DNA from: Octopus bimaculoides
Lineage: Eukaryota
NCBI RefSeq assembly: GCF_001194135.2
Contig: NC_068982.1
Location: 143,190,699 to 143,228,074 of the forward strand
Direction of reading: 5' to 3'
Length of the DNA: 37,376 nt
Both the position numbers and the translations under genes were made by a program. The notes below the pieces were generated by a model, which did not search any database, was not told the origin of the DNA, and was given only the letters and a program-made list of their open reading frames with translations. Each line of letters opens with the position of its first letter. Position 1 is the stretch's first letter. Positions 1 to 12,312 of this stretch are shown here, piece by piece.

Positions 1-1
1 G

Positions 2-670
2 CACTGTAGCTCAATTGGAAAACATATTATCCTGGCCCAAATGAGATGGACTGGGCATGTAATTAGAATGAAGGATGATCGTTTGCCGAAGCGCTTATTT
101 TATGGTGAGCTCACCTCTGGTGAGCGACCGCGGCAGAAACCGAGAAAGAGGTATAAAGATTGCATTAAACAAAACCTAAAAAAACTAGATATGTATGAAA
201 GTGATTGGGAAGGAGATGTTCTGGATCGAAGCAAGTGGAGAGCTGTTGTCAGGACGAGCTGTGATGTCTGGGAGGAAAAGATGCTTCAGCAACTTGAGCT
301 TAAGCGGGCCTGTCGAAAGGGAAAAAATGTAATCAGTGGAGAGTATAGGATGTGTACTGTATGTGATAGCGTTCTTCTGTCAAAAGCAGGATATGTGAAT
401 CACATGAAAACACATGAGGGTAGAAATTCCAGACACCCTAAATACCAACCGCCTTCTGCGACCTGTGGCATATGTCACAAGGTTTGTAAAACAATACCCG
501 GACTTAAGAGACATATGCTGGTTCACAGAGGCGTTTCCTTAGAATCAGATACCAGCGAGCAAGGATCAAGAGGCTTGAACATTTGTCATCTGTGCTGTAG
601 AGCTTGTCGCTCAGCAGCCGGACTTCAAAGTCACTTGAGGGCTCACCAACGAAGTGATTGTACTGCGTGA
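2..670 (+). CDS. 3' end of RTE-clade LINE ORF (post-RT C-terminal domain) ending in three C2H2 zinc fingers; 5'-truncated by the window edge
   Basis: The frame is open from position 2 (HCSSIGKHIILAQ-MRWTGHVIRMKDDRLPKRLFYGEL..G.RPRQKPRKRYKD), the typical RTE post-RT motif. It is followed by three C-x2-C-x12-H-x3-H fingers (nt ~353-646) and stops at TGA 668-670, just before a gap. Confidence 0.88.
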   Translation, partial: HCSSIGKHIILAQMRWTGHVIRMKDDRLPKRLFYGELTSGERPRQKPRKRYKDCIKQNLKKLDMYESDWEGDVLDRSKWRAVVRTSCDVWEEKMLQQLELKRACRKGKNVISGEYRMCTVCDSVLLSKAGYVNHMKTHEGRNSRHPKYQPPSATCGICHKVCKTIPGLKRHMLVHRGVSLESDTSEQGSRGLNICHLCCRACRSAAGLQSHLRAHQRSDCTA

Positions 671-1404
671 TGATATGTGTGGATTGTTGATNNNNNNNNN
701 NNNNNNNNNNNNNNNNNNNNNNNNNNNNNNNNNNNNNNNNNNNNNNNNNNNNNNNNNNNNNNNNNNNNNNNNNNNNNNNNNNNNNNNNNNNNNNNNNNNN
801 NNNNNNNNNNNNNNNNNNNNNNNNNNNNNNNNNNNNNNNNNNNNNNNNNNNNNNNNNNNNNNNNNNNNNNNNNNNNNNNNNNNNNNNNNNNNNNNNNNNN
901 NNNNNNNNNNNNNNTATATATATATATATATATATGTATGGATGTATAAATATATATACATATATATGCGTGTGTGTGTATCAGTCAGGCAAGGATGTGT
1001 TTATACCTGTGTGTGTGTTTAACTATTTTATTCTTTATTTATTCATTATATTTATTTAACTGTTTGAACTTCAGAAATTATATATTTTTGTTTTTGTTTT
1101 TGTTTTTTTGTAAATTCTTGGCTTCTCTATCAAATTTCGTTATCTATTTTTTTTTTTAATTTTCATTCAACATTAAAAAACGAAGTATGATAAAATTTTC
1201 TTGACGGGTCTATCTCAAATTCTATTTTCTTTTCTTTTTTTTTTTGCGTTTGTCGTTCTTGATATTCGTGTTGTTGTCAGTACTATTGTTGTTGTTATTT
1301 AGAAACATATTCCTGAAACTTTTCTTTCAAATTTCCAAATTTTCAAACGTTTATTTATTAATATTGATATATTCTCTTATGTTTTTTCAAATCTATATTT
1401 CATT

Positions 1405-1740
1405 CATTGATAGTTCGGCTTGCGTTAAAAACCCGTTAAGAGCGAGTAGAACAAAATATTTTATCAATATTAATATTACGGGCCAACAGCTCCTCAAGAG
1501 CCTGACAGACCTGTATGGTGTGGATGTAGGCTTCTTCAAAGCAAAACTGGATCTCCTCTTGTCGAGGTTTCCGGATGAGCCTACATAACGGCAGGAAACA
1601 CAGAAGAGGGTAGTAGCATGAAATTCCCTTATCCACTAAATGCCTCATATCGGAGAAAGTTTCAAGCAGTGAGGGAGTAGCAAAGCTAACGGTGGTGCCC
1701 CAGCATGGCCACAGCTTTTGAGCTAAAACTAGTTAAAGAG
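1405..1740 (+). mobile_element. Decayed 3' end of CR1/L2-like LINE (ORF2 C-terminus plus 3' tail)
   Basis: Translation ...ITGQQLLKSLTDLYGVDVGFFKAKLDLLLSRFPDEPT*RQETQKRVVA*NSLIH resembles the CR1-group C-terminus (GPxLFNxLP..FKxxLDxxLxxVPDEP..RAAxSNSL). It has stops and deletions. The tail motif GGTGGTGCCCCAGCATGGCCACAG lies at 1691-1714. Confidence 0.75.
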
Positions 1741-2076
1741 TTGAGAAGTTATAACTTAACCAATTATAATTTATTTATAGAAATTTTACGAGAACGTCGG
1801 GATTTTAAGCACAATAAATCTCACTCTACAGATCATATTGTGGGTGTCTTAATCCGTTCTTCTAACAGTGAGGACATTTCAAGAGACTCCAACGGTATAG
1901 GCTTACAAATATTGATCTCTAGCATCAGAGTTACTTTCAGGTATCGAAGACAATATTAGCGTTGCCAAAATATATTGAAATGTCGTTTTTATACCTAGAG
2001 AAGGACATCTGTCAGTCGCTAGTGACTTCAATTCCTGGAGCTACTGTTTCAGAAAACCTTTGAGAAATAATGAACT

Positions 2077-2196
<120 letters not shown>

Positions 2197-4369
2197 AATA
2201 CATAGATAAATGTACTGTGTATGCTTTTATGAGGAATCGCTGCTAGATGTGTCGAAACAATTGTCGTGATTAATAATAAATTCTCGGTGTTTTCGAGCGA
2301 TTTAGTCCCTGTCAGTATACAACTACGTGCTTTGACTACATTAGAGCCTTTAGCTCATATTTCTAGCAATGTAGGTATTCCGAAGTCCCTAGTCATGTTT
2401 AGTACGAATTATATATATATATATATATATNNNNNNNNNNNNNNNNNNNNNNNNNNNNNNNNNNNNNNNNNNNNNNNNNNNNNNNNNNNNNNNNNNNNNN
2501 NNNNNNNNNNNNNNNNNNNNNNNNNNNNNNNNNNNNNNNNNNNNNNNNNNNNNNNNNNNNNNNNNNNNNNNNNNNNNNNNNNNNNNNNNNNNNNNNNNNN
2601 NNNNNNNNNNNNNNNNNNNNNNNNNNNNNNNNNNNNNNNNNNNNNNNNNNNNNNNNNNNNNNNNNNNNNNNNNNNNNNNNNNNNNNNNNNNNNNNNNNNN
2701 NNNNNNNNNNNNNNNNNNNNNNNNNNNNNNNNNNNNNNNNNNNNNNNNNNNNNNNNNNNNNNNNNNNNNNNNNNNNNNNNNNNNNNNNNNNNNNNNNNNN
2801 NNNNNNNNNNNNNNNNNNNNNNNNNNNNNNNNNNNNNNNNNNNNNNNNNNNNNNNNNNNNNNNNNNNNNNNNNNNNNNNNNNNNNNNNNNNNNNNNNNNN
2901 NNNNNNNNNNNNNNNNNNNNNNNNNNNNNNNNNNNNNNNNNNNNNNNNNNNNNNNNNNNNNNNNNNNNNNNNNNNNNNNNNNNNNNNNNNNNNNNNNNNN
3001 NNNNNNNNNNNNNNNNNNNNNNNNNNNNNNNNNNNNNNNNNNNNNNNNNNNNNNNNNNNNNNNNNNNNNNNNNNNNNNNNNNNNNNNNNNNNNNNNNNNN
3101 NNNNNNNNNNNNNNNNNNNNNNNNNNNNNNNNNNNNNNNNNNNNNNNNNNNNNNNNNNNNNNNNNNNNNNNNNNNNNNNNNNNNNNNNNNNNNNNNNNNN
3201 NNNNNNNNNNNNNNNNNNNNNNNNNNNNNNNNNNNNNNNNNNNNNNNNNNNNNNNNNNNNNNNNNNNNNNNNNNNNNNNNNNNNNNNNNNNNNNNNNNNN
3301 NNNNNNNNNNNNNNNNNNNNNNNNNNNNNNNNNNNNNNNNNNNNNNNNNNNNNNNNNNNNNNNNNNNNNNNNNNNNNNNNNNNNNNNNNNNATATATACA
3401 AATATGTATGCGTATGCATATATGTTTTCTGTGTGTATTTTATATTCATTTTAAATTATAATCCATTCTTGTTTTATTATATTTTTTTATCGATAAAAAG
3501 GTCAGTTGTCTTTTTTCTTCATATTGCGGTGTCAGTGGTGTCGAAATTTATCTCCGTTCAAATCTTTGTAAATACACTTAGATTTCCTCCTTTTTTTTAT
3601 TATAGTTGGAAAATAAAAGCGTTCAATCTCTGTAATAATCATTGGAATTGTCACGAGGAGTGTTATCAGTTCTGTAATCTCACTAAGAACAGCATCTATA
3701 TTACATTCCAAGATAAATTCCAATGGATCAGTTAAAAGTAATATCCACGTTTATCGTAGGAAGTGTGGAATATTCACTTTCGGTTTCAGGTTAGTTTACA
3801 GTCTCCATGTGTCAATCATAGAATGTGCTTCAATGGCCAATCCTATATCGTCTGTTGGCAGTTTATTCTTAAAACTAGCGAAGCTATTCTTGTTCAATAA
3901 TTGAGCTGCTACTAATTGTTTAGTGAAATATTATCTCCCTACATTATCAACACATGCGCAGTCACAAACTTCCTTTGCTTCAGCTGTGACCATCTTTGAA
4001 GGATTTCCACAGCACTTTTGGATTTTTTGTTTCTAAAACAACAGCTTTGAAATTTGTTACATATTCATGAACTTTAAACACATCAATTTCTCGAGATTGT
4101 ATTTAGTTGTGAATCTCTTCAAACATGAGACATAATCTGAGGAAAAATCTCCAACCAGAAAATGAATTTTTCATTATTCAGCATTTCAAAATAGCTGTTG
4201 TTTCTGAAGTGATTAAATCTGCATTCAGCATTGATGGAATTTCAGTAAAGCGGCTTTCTTAAAGATTGCAAATTTTAATCGAAGTAATTCACGGTCCATA
4301 TGTTAAAGTTACACCTGGTTGAGAAAGGGAACGAAAATGTTAATTTTTGTACGTTTACTGGAATTCACA

Positions 4370-4716
4370 CGCGTTTAGGTATATTTTGCAACCACTTGGT
4401 TTCGGGTTCAGTTCCACAGCGCCGATCCTTGACAAGTGTCTTCTACTGTAACCACGGACTGACATATGCATTCTGAATGAATTTTGTCAGAAGGAAACTA
4501 TGTGGAATTCTGTATTGTATTCATGTCTATGATTGTTCCCCACAAATGTTTGACAACGGAGTTTTGTTTATTTCTTCCTAACTTAGCGATTTTACAAAAG
4601 GAACTGACAGAATATTTACTACGCATAACTACAAGTACTAGGGTCGATTTATTCAACTAAATACTTGAAGTCCATGCCCCAACATAGCCGCAGTTTAATG
4701 ACCAGAACAAGTAAAG
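4370..4716 (+). mobile_element. tRNA-derived SINE, family C, degenerate near full-length, inserted in the hAT fossil
   Basis: Head with B-box-like GGGTTCAGTTCC and GACAAGTGTCTTCTACT; body colinear with the 28711-29060 copy; tail TGCCCCAACATAGCCGCAG...ACAAGTAAAG. Confidence 0.7.
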
Positions 4717-5023
4717 TCCTAAAAATAAAAGATTGCAAGAAGATTAGGAAAAAATTATTCTTGTATCCTGTTTGATACTTGTTGCATTTGATATCAGATT
4801 CAGCTGATGAGAATAACAGACAATAAAGTGAGCATTGTAATAAACTGCTTTTACTTTAGCCGGCAGACTCTCTTCCTTAGCCTTTCATGACACTTGCATC
4901 ATCAAACGTCTGATTTATCGGTTCTTTTCCATTTCCTTGAAGGAATATATATAATTACTTCAGAATAAGTTTAGATATGTTATCTGTTGTTTGATTTTCT
5001 GGAATGAAAAGTATTCAAAAACC

Positions 5024-5178
5024 TTTCTCCAAAAGGCACAAGGCCTGAAATTTGGGGAGAGGGGACTGATCGATTACATCGACCACAGTGTTTCATTGGT
5101 ACGTAATTTATCGTCCCCGAAAGGATAAAACGCAAAGTCGACCTCGGCGGAATTTGAACTCAGACCGTAGCAGCACGT
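5024..5178 (-). mobile_element. SINE family A, lacking its 5' part
   Basis: Reverse complement aligns by eye with 37166-37376 (GAGTTCAAATTCCGCCGAGGTCGACTTTGC ... GGCCTTGTGCC). Confidence 0.85.
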
Positions 5179-5320
5179 AAAAGAATTTTAAAGTTTTCAG
5201 AAACTGTAATATAGGCCACTATCTTAGATAAAATCTCAAGATTTTTGATATCCCACCTGTTATGATCGAGAATTGAAAATCTATAAAGTTTCAATTAGTT
5301 TTACTTAAATAACTGCGCTT

Positions 5321-5536
5321 CCTTCAGGCAGTGTGCAGGCAGAATTGTCAGCATGCCGGAGAAAATGCATAACTGCATTTCCTCCGTCTTTAGTTCTGAT
5401 TTCAAATTGCGCCAAGGCCGACTTTACCTTCCATCTTTTCAGGGTTGTTAAAATAAGTAACAGTTTAGCACTGAGGTGATGTAAACGACTTACCCCTTCG
5501 TCTGACTTTGCTGGTACTCTGCCAAAATCTGAAACC
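5321..5536 (+). mobile_element. SINE family A (diverged variant) with 13-bp target-site duplication
   Basis: GGCAGAATTGTCAGCATGCCGG...TTCTGATTTCAAATTGCGCCAAGGCCGACTTTACC. Flanked by AATAACTGCGCTT (5308-5320) and AATATCTGCGCTT (5537-5549). Confidence 0.8.
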
Positions 5537-5694
5537 AATATCTGCGCTTATTAAAAGCAGTTGTGAAACGACGTATTCAAACGCTTCTTTGACTTCCTGT
5601 CTATTAGCTTTCTCCTTAATTTTATTTATATTTCTGAAACAATGTTTTATCCATGTTGGAGGATTATCTCCATGCAATAAACATGGAAAACATA

Positions 5695-5915
5695 CTTCCT
5701 ACTGCAGGCATAAGACCTGAAATGTTTGAGGTGGGCGTTCTAATTGATTACATCGACCCCCCCCCCACTGCTAAACTAGAATTTATTTCATCGACTCCGA
5801 AAGGAAGTAATGCAAGATCTATCTAAGCAGAATTTGAAATCAGAACGTAAAGACCGATAAAATGCTGTTAAGCTATTTGCCCGGAGTGCTAATGATTCTG
5901 CCAATTCCACGCCTT
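5695..5915 (-). mobile_element. SINE family A, full length, with perfect 12-bp target-site duplication
   Basis: Reverse-complement match to family A. ATGGAAAACATA occurs at 5683-5694 and 5916-5927. Confidence 0.85.
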
Positions 5916-6756
5916 ATGGAAAACATAATACTGAATTCCTTATTCCTCGTCTACAAAGAATTTTTCTCTGCTTTGGACTAAAGCTACACACAACAAATAT
6001 ATTTCTTATTATTGCTGAGATATTTCAATATCATGTGAGAGAGACGTCCTCTTGTCTNNNNNNNNNNNNNNNNNNNNNNNNNNNNNNNNNNNNNNNNNNN
6101 NNNNNNNNNNNNNNNNNNNNNNNNNNNNNNNNNNNNNNNNNNNNNNNNNNNNNNNNNNNNNNNNNNNNNNNNNNNNNNNNNNNNNNNNNNNNNNNNNNNN
6201 NNNNNNNNNNNNNNNNNNNNNNNNNNNNNNNNNNNNNNNNNNNNNNNNNNNNNNNNNNNNNNNNNNNNNNNNNNNNNNNNNNNNNNNNNNNNNNNNNNNN
6301 NNNNNNNNNNNNNNNNNNNNNNNNNNNNNNNNNNNNNNNNNNNNNNNNNNNNNNNNNNNNNNNNNNNNNNNNNNNNNNNNNNNNNNNNNNNNNNNNNNNN
6401 NNNNNNNNNNNNNNNNNNNNNNNNNNNNNNNNNNNNNNNNNNNNNNNNNNNNNNNNNNNNNNNNNNNNNNNNNNNNNNNNNNNNNNNNNNNNNNNNNNNN
6501 NNNNNNNNNNNNNNNNNNNNNNNNNNNNNNNNNNNNNNNNNNNNNNNNNNNNNNNNNNNNNNNNNNNNNNNNNNNNNNNNNNNNNNNNNNNNNNNNNNNN
6601 NNNNNNNNNNNNNNNNNNNNNNNNNNNNNNNNNNNNNNNNNNNNNNNNNNNNNNNNNNNNNNNNNNNNNNNNNNNNNNNNNNNNNNNNNNNNNNNNNNAT
6701 ATATATATATATATATACATCACACACACACTCACACCTACACATATATAAACCGT

Positions 6757-7042
6757 CACTCCGCCGGTTACAACGACTGTTCCCTTTGATCCGATCAACG
6801 GATCAGCCTGGTCTTGGAATCAACCTGCTAGTGGCTGACCACTCCACGGACACACGTACCCTTATCGTAGTTGTTAAGGAGATTCAGCATGACACAGAGT
6901 GTCACATGGTCGGTCCTTTGAATTACGGGTACAACTCATTTTTACTACTGATTTGACAGGAACAATTTGAAATGAAGTGCCTTGCTCAAGGAGACAACGC
7001 ACCGCTGGGTATCAGCCTCACGACCGAATACCCTAACCACTT
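6757..7042 (-). mobile_element. tRNA-derived SINE family B
   Basis: Colinear with 19747-19930 (ACTCCG.CG.TTA..GATTCAGC.TGACACAGAGTGT..GGTCCTTTGAA.TAC). A tRNA-like head reads on the minus strand at ~7000-7042 (GTGGTTAGGGTATTCGG). Confidence 0.8.
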
Positions 7043-8445
7043 GTTTCAGGGAACAGTTTAAATGAGTTTCTAATTTATCGTCTTCGAACACGTAATGGCG
7101 TATGCACCGTTAATTTTTTGATATCTGTCCCTGGACTTGACATCGTCAACATCGTTGGGAGCATTTTATCATTGAAACTAATATATTCAGAGTATATTCA
7201 ACCATATTCTGGGAAATAATCTCTGATATTCACCATAAATTTCCCCATATTTCTACTAATTTTATTTGCTGTGGCTTCCTGGTTTGTAGCGTAAAATAAT
7301 AGTGAGAAGTAAAGAGTGAACGTCATTAAACAAGTCATGAAGAACTGAAAAAAAAAGTGTTGCTATATTTGTAAAGCTATGTCTACACTATTTCAATATA
7401 TGTATTTTTATTCTATCAGAATATATAAAACACCATTGAAATTGAGACGATTTGGAGTTGTTTTAATTAACAATCTACGACTGTGTGATGTGAACTACAC
7501 CAAAAATAATCACCAATTATAAAAGCTAAACATTGAAGTCGGTTAGAGGAAAATGTTGATCGCAATATGTTTTATATAATAAACTATTAATAATATAGAC
7601 ATTAGTTTTATTATTTCCTTTATATATTTGACAATTATTTTCCAGAGTTATATCAATAAAATATTTTTATAAATTTCCTTCACAAAAATGATAGCAATCA
7701 TATTTCCCCAGCATCTTTGTCAATATCATTCACCATTAATAAGGGAAATAATTTAATTACGTACTTTTTTTTTTTTTTTTTTTTTTTTGTTATTGTCTGA
7801 AACATCTCATATAGATGATTTCCGATAGGGAGAGCGAAACCAATTTAACTCCTGCTCCCGTTTTCTGAAGCTGAAATTCGATGCCATTTCTCTGTTTTCA
7901 ATTACTGATTTAAAGCTCGAGAGGTGAGATATATGTTACAAAATCAATATTGTGTGAATACTGCGATACGGCATCGCGATTTATCAATAGTCTTTAGGTC
8001 ATAATTTATGATATTCAACAACAACGGACAGTTTTGTTTTTGTTATGCAAATGTTCAGAGAAGCAAGGAACCAAATTAATTAGATATCGGAGACTAGGAA
8101 CTGGATTAGTAAGGCTGTACACCCCCACTCTACCTGATGCATTTTAATTCTTTGACTTACTATCTAGCATCATTTGCTCTGCAAGAGAATATTGCTTGCT
8201 CATTTGAATAACTAGTGATGTTATAAGACAGTGAAAATCCCAAAGACAGCAGTGAGATTGATGGAACATTTTATTCAATCACGTTTGTTAAATCACAAAT
8301 CTAAATCCAAATCATTAAAAAGTCTGTTTTGATTTCTATTCACCCTGGATGATTAAAATATGTACTGTCAACATAATGGAATATATTAAATTTATTATAA
8401 GTTTATTCTTTAAGAGAGCTCTGAATTAATAACAGAGTGATGTAT

Positions 8446-8741
<296 letters not shown>

Positions 8742-9390
8742 GTTGAATTATAAGAGTATTAAACATTTTGTAAAGCAGTTTTTCTAAGACTTACGTAGTT
8801 CGGCGCTTTTATTCTCCGAATGTTTTTTCTGAGGCCCCCTAAATTTAGATTTACCAACACTTTCTATTTTGTTCATTCATTTCCACGGCTTGGAAACCAT
8901 AGCAACTGAGAACAAAATTCAACATATACTATCTTGTATTTTATCACGGAAAATCAATAATTTATTAATAAGTCAATAATACCTAAGGATTGGAAACAAA
9001 CGTTGGCGAAATGAAAACGAATGAAAATGAACAAAAAACAATCATATATTTTTGCATTCATTTTAATAAGTAATATTCATTCAAAAGGTTATATTTACTA
9101 AGTTTCATCTAAAAGAAGAAACGATTTGTAAACATTGAGAATCGGCGCATCGCTAGTCATGTTTCTACTCACTGATAGTACAATGACCTACACATATTCT
9201 ATATTCGACAAAGATTATTTTTAAACGGGCTTAAATATAAACATAGGAATTGTATTGCTTTGTATCTACTTTAAATATATTTCTAAATAAAAAAATCATA
9301 ACGACTCTAAAGCACCCAGCGATCCCCACACAACTCTTTGACATTTGCCGCCTCCTTTTAAATTTAGATTACTCCAGAAAGAAAATATTC

Positions 9391-9606
9391 ATTTCTGTTC
9401 TAGGAACAAGGCCTGGAATTTTACGCGAGGGGGGGGGGCAGTCGATTAGCTCGACCACGGTGCTCAACAGCTACTCAGTTTTTAGAACCCGAAAGGATGA
9501 AAGCAAAGTCGACCACGGCGGAATTTGAACTCAGAACGTAAAGACAGATGAAATACCACTATGCATTTCGCCCGCCGTGCTAAAGTTTCTTCCAGCTCAC
9601 CGCCTT
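9391..9606 (-). mobile_element. SINE family A, full length
   Basis: Reverse complement begins AAGGCGGTGAGCTGGAAGAAAC, contains B-box GAGTTCAAATTCC and ends GGCCTTGTTCCTAGAACAGAAA. Confidence 0.9.
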
Positions 9607-9614
9607 AATTAATT

Positions 9615-10060
9615 GCATATTCTTTTCTACTCTGGACACAAGGCCCGATATTCTTCTTTTCTCCTCCTTTGTACTGTCATACATCGAATGCTGCTGCCTC
9701 CTGTGGCTTCTCTATACAAAATACAACATTTCGAATCACCCCAGAGGGTATTCACTAAAAGAATTAATGTATGACTGATCTCGATTACTTGGACAGCCTC
9801 AAAGCACTGGAATTCTATACTCACCATCTCTACCATGAGCGATATACCATTTCCGTGATGTGGAGAATATACCACCAGCATTAGCCCAACGACCTCAACA
9901 TCAGATTCAGAATTCATAGACTCGGGTACCCCATATCAGAGTCAACATTCTAGTTTTGGACTTTTTTCCTAAAAGAAGCCCTCAAAATTCTAACCCATAA
10001 CTCACCACAATTGCTTACTAAATACAACGAGGCCTTCACTACGCACTTTTAATTCTTCCG
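9615..10060 (+). pseudogene. Decayed CR1/L2-like LINE ORF2 fragment (post-RT region)
   Basis: Frameshifted translation ILLFSSFVLSYIECCCLLW / FESPQRVFTKRI / MTDLDYLDSLKALEFYTHHLYHERYTISVMWRI..PNDLNIRFRIHRLG resembles CR1 LYxxxVRPHLEYCxxLW..LESVQRxFTxRI..LxYWERLKxLxLYSLQRRRERY. Confidence 0.7.
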
Positions 10061-10111
10061 CACTTTTAATATATATGCCTGTTTGGGTTTCTATGCGCTT
10101 GTGCGCGTCAA

Positions 10112-10316
10112 TATGTTTCTACCCCAAAGCTAATGATTCGGTGTTGCTTTTACACGTCCTTGTAGCCTAAGGGCGCACGGAAACAAAGAGAAAGAAGAGT
10201 ACCAGACTTTTAAAATAAATTACTAATGTACTTGGGTGCATTTAATCGACTAAATCCCTACAAGAGAGTATCCCAGCATGGCCGCAGCCCTATGACTTAC
10301 AACAAATAAAAGAATA
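10112..10316 (+). mobile_element. SINE family C, 3' part
   Basis: Ends TAATCGACTAAATCC...CCCAGCATGGCCGCAG...ACAAATAAAAGAATAA. Confidence 0.7.
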
Positions 10317-10921
10317 ATATTTAGAAAACAGTCCAATTTATTGTGATAACAAACCTGTCTATGTAATTGCTCCCCTTTATGTGTCATCCCTTGTGACAAT
10401 TATATGTTATAAACACACAGTATTATACATTAGCAGAAGCCCGACCGACCTATCATTTCGTCATAGCAATACATCTGAGCTATAGTAAAAAATCTCTACT
10501 ACACACTAGAAATAATTGCAGGAGTAAGACATAAGCTGACTGACACTTTTAGCGGTTATTACACTTAATTTATGTATTCACCGTATTCTATAGTATTATT
10601 ACGAGTAAATTATATATTGAAGTTATAGACTCATGAAACGAGCTTGCAGAGAAAACCTATTTCACGGTTACGTTTAATAGGACGTCAGTGTCAATCTTTC
10701 GCCGATACAAATTAATTCAAAGCTGTCTACTAAAAGATACAGAATTATCTTCATATTTCTGATTAGGTTTTCTTTTCATCTAGCTGTTTTCTTCACACAA
10801 ATACACACACATACATTTACGAGGGAGACATATATGTACACATACACATACATAGAATATTTATAATGATACCTACACACACATACATTACATATATATA
10901 TATATATATACATTATATATA

Positions 10922-10975
<54 letters not shown>

Positions 10976-12216
10976 CATTCACACACACATATGCATGTAT
11001 ATATGTATACACATATATACAGACGCAGTGCCGTAGGGTATTAATATATAAATATATTTATATATTAATACACTCCGTTAGTATCTTTGTGTCGGTTAGT
11101 GTGTATATATACGTCAATGTATATGCATTTATAACACATATATATATTCATGCACATATATTATATGTAAGTTTGTGTGTGTGTGTGCGTGTGTGTATGT
11201 AGTGTGCCTTAGTAATTCAATGTAAAATGTGAAAGCTCACACGCTTCGCACACTCACGTGTAGATGTTTTTGTGACTATATGTATGTCTTCGTATGTTTA
11301 TGCTTGTGTGTGTGTGTGTGTGTGTAGATGTGTAGGTGTATGAGTGCTATTTCTCTTAAGAAGAACATAAAATTCCTCCCTTGTCTGCTACTTATCTAAG
11401 TCTGTTAATAAATAATTCTTTGTGGCAAATAATCTTTTATGTTTTATTTAGCTTTATTCATAGACTTGACTGAATGGAATCATTTTGCTAAGCAAGCCTT
11501 GGAGATTCGGATATTAGCCAGACTCTTTGGAATTTCCGTTTAAAAGCACCAGAGGTCATATTAATAACAGTCATATATTCAAAACTTCCAAATATAACCT
11601 CCGCGATCATGAGCCAAGATTATTGTAACTGAATTAATTAAAATATAATATGAGAAGATGTGACAACTCATAAGCTCCGTTGTCTCATTTAGGCGATTCT
11701 AAATCTGCTAAACATTGGCTACTTTCAAAGTTATGACATAATTACTAACATTCATTGTAATTACAACTACGTCTACTGCATGTATTTGTTCGTCTGTATG
11801 GGTATATCTATACGGGTTTGATGATTATATGTGTGCGTGCTTGTGCGTGTGCCTGTGTGTGTATGCACGCACATGGTTGTATTGGTTGTTTGTCTGCGTA
11901 TATGTAGTTGCAAAAATATATCTTTAGAACAATTATATTTTTTATTCCTCATCTGACTTCCATTGCTATAACTTCATTTCCGGTATTTATAATACAGGCG
12001 TTACTTTGTATTTAGCGATTACATATATTATGCATGAATATCTAATGCAAGTGTTTCATACAAACATTTGGGTGACATATCTATCTGAGTGTAAGAGTGT
12101 GTATGCGTGTGTGTGAGAGAGAGTGTGAATATGTGTGCCTATATATAAATATATACACATCTCTTTCTCTCCCTCTTTCTGTATATATACATANNNNNNN
12201 NNNATATATAGTTTTT

Positions 12217-12312
12217 TTCGATAAATTAAGTATCAGTTGCGTACTGGAATCAAACTAATCAACTGGCCCACTCCCCAAAAATTTCGGGCCTTGTGCATAG
12301 AGTAGAAAAGAA
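12217..12312 (+). mobile_element. SINE family A, 3' fragment
   Basis: TCGATAAATTAAGTATCAGTTGCGTACTGG...AATTTCGGGCCTTGTGCATAGAGTAGAAAAGAAT matches the 3' half of 37166-37376. Confidence 0.85.

Larger units (their letters stand above)
3600..5320 (-). pseudogene. Fossil hAT-superfamily (ZMYM1-like) transposase, frameshifted and interrupted by SINEs; may extend to ~5690
   Basis: Minus-strand pieces appear in the correct order: QTFDDASVMKG (cf. QTYDGAAVMSG); AHFIVCYSHQLNL (CxxH, ~4795-4833); TRCNFNIWTVN (cf. TRWNF, ~4290-4320); FIFWLEIFPQIMSHV; IQSREIDVFKV; EAKEVCD; LITLLVTIPMIITEIERFYF (hAT dimerisation domain, ~3610-3670). Many stops and frameshifts. Confidence 0.8.
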
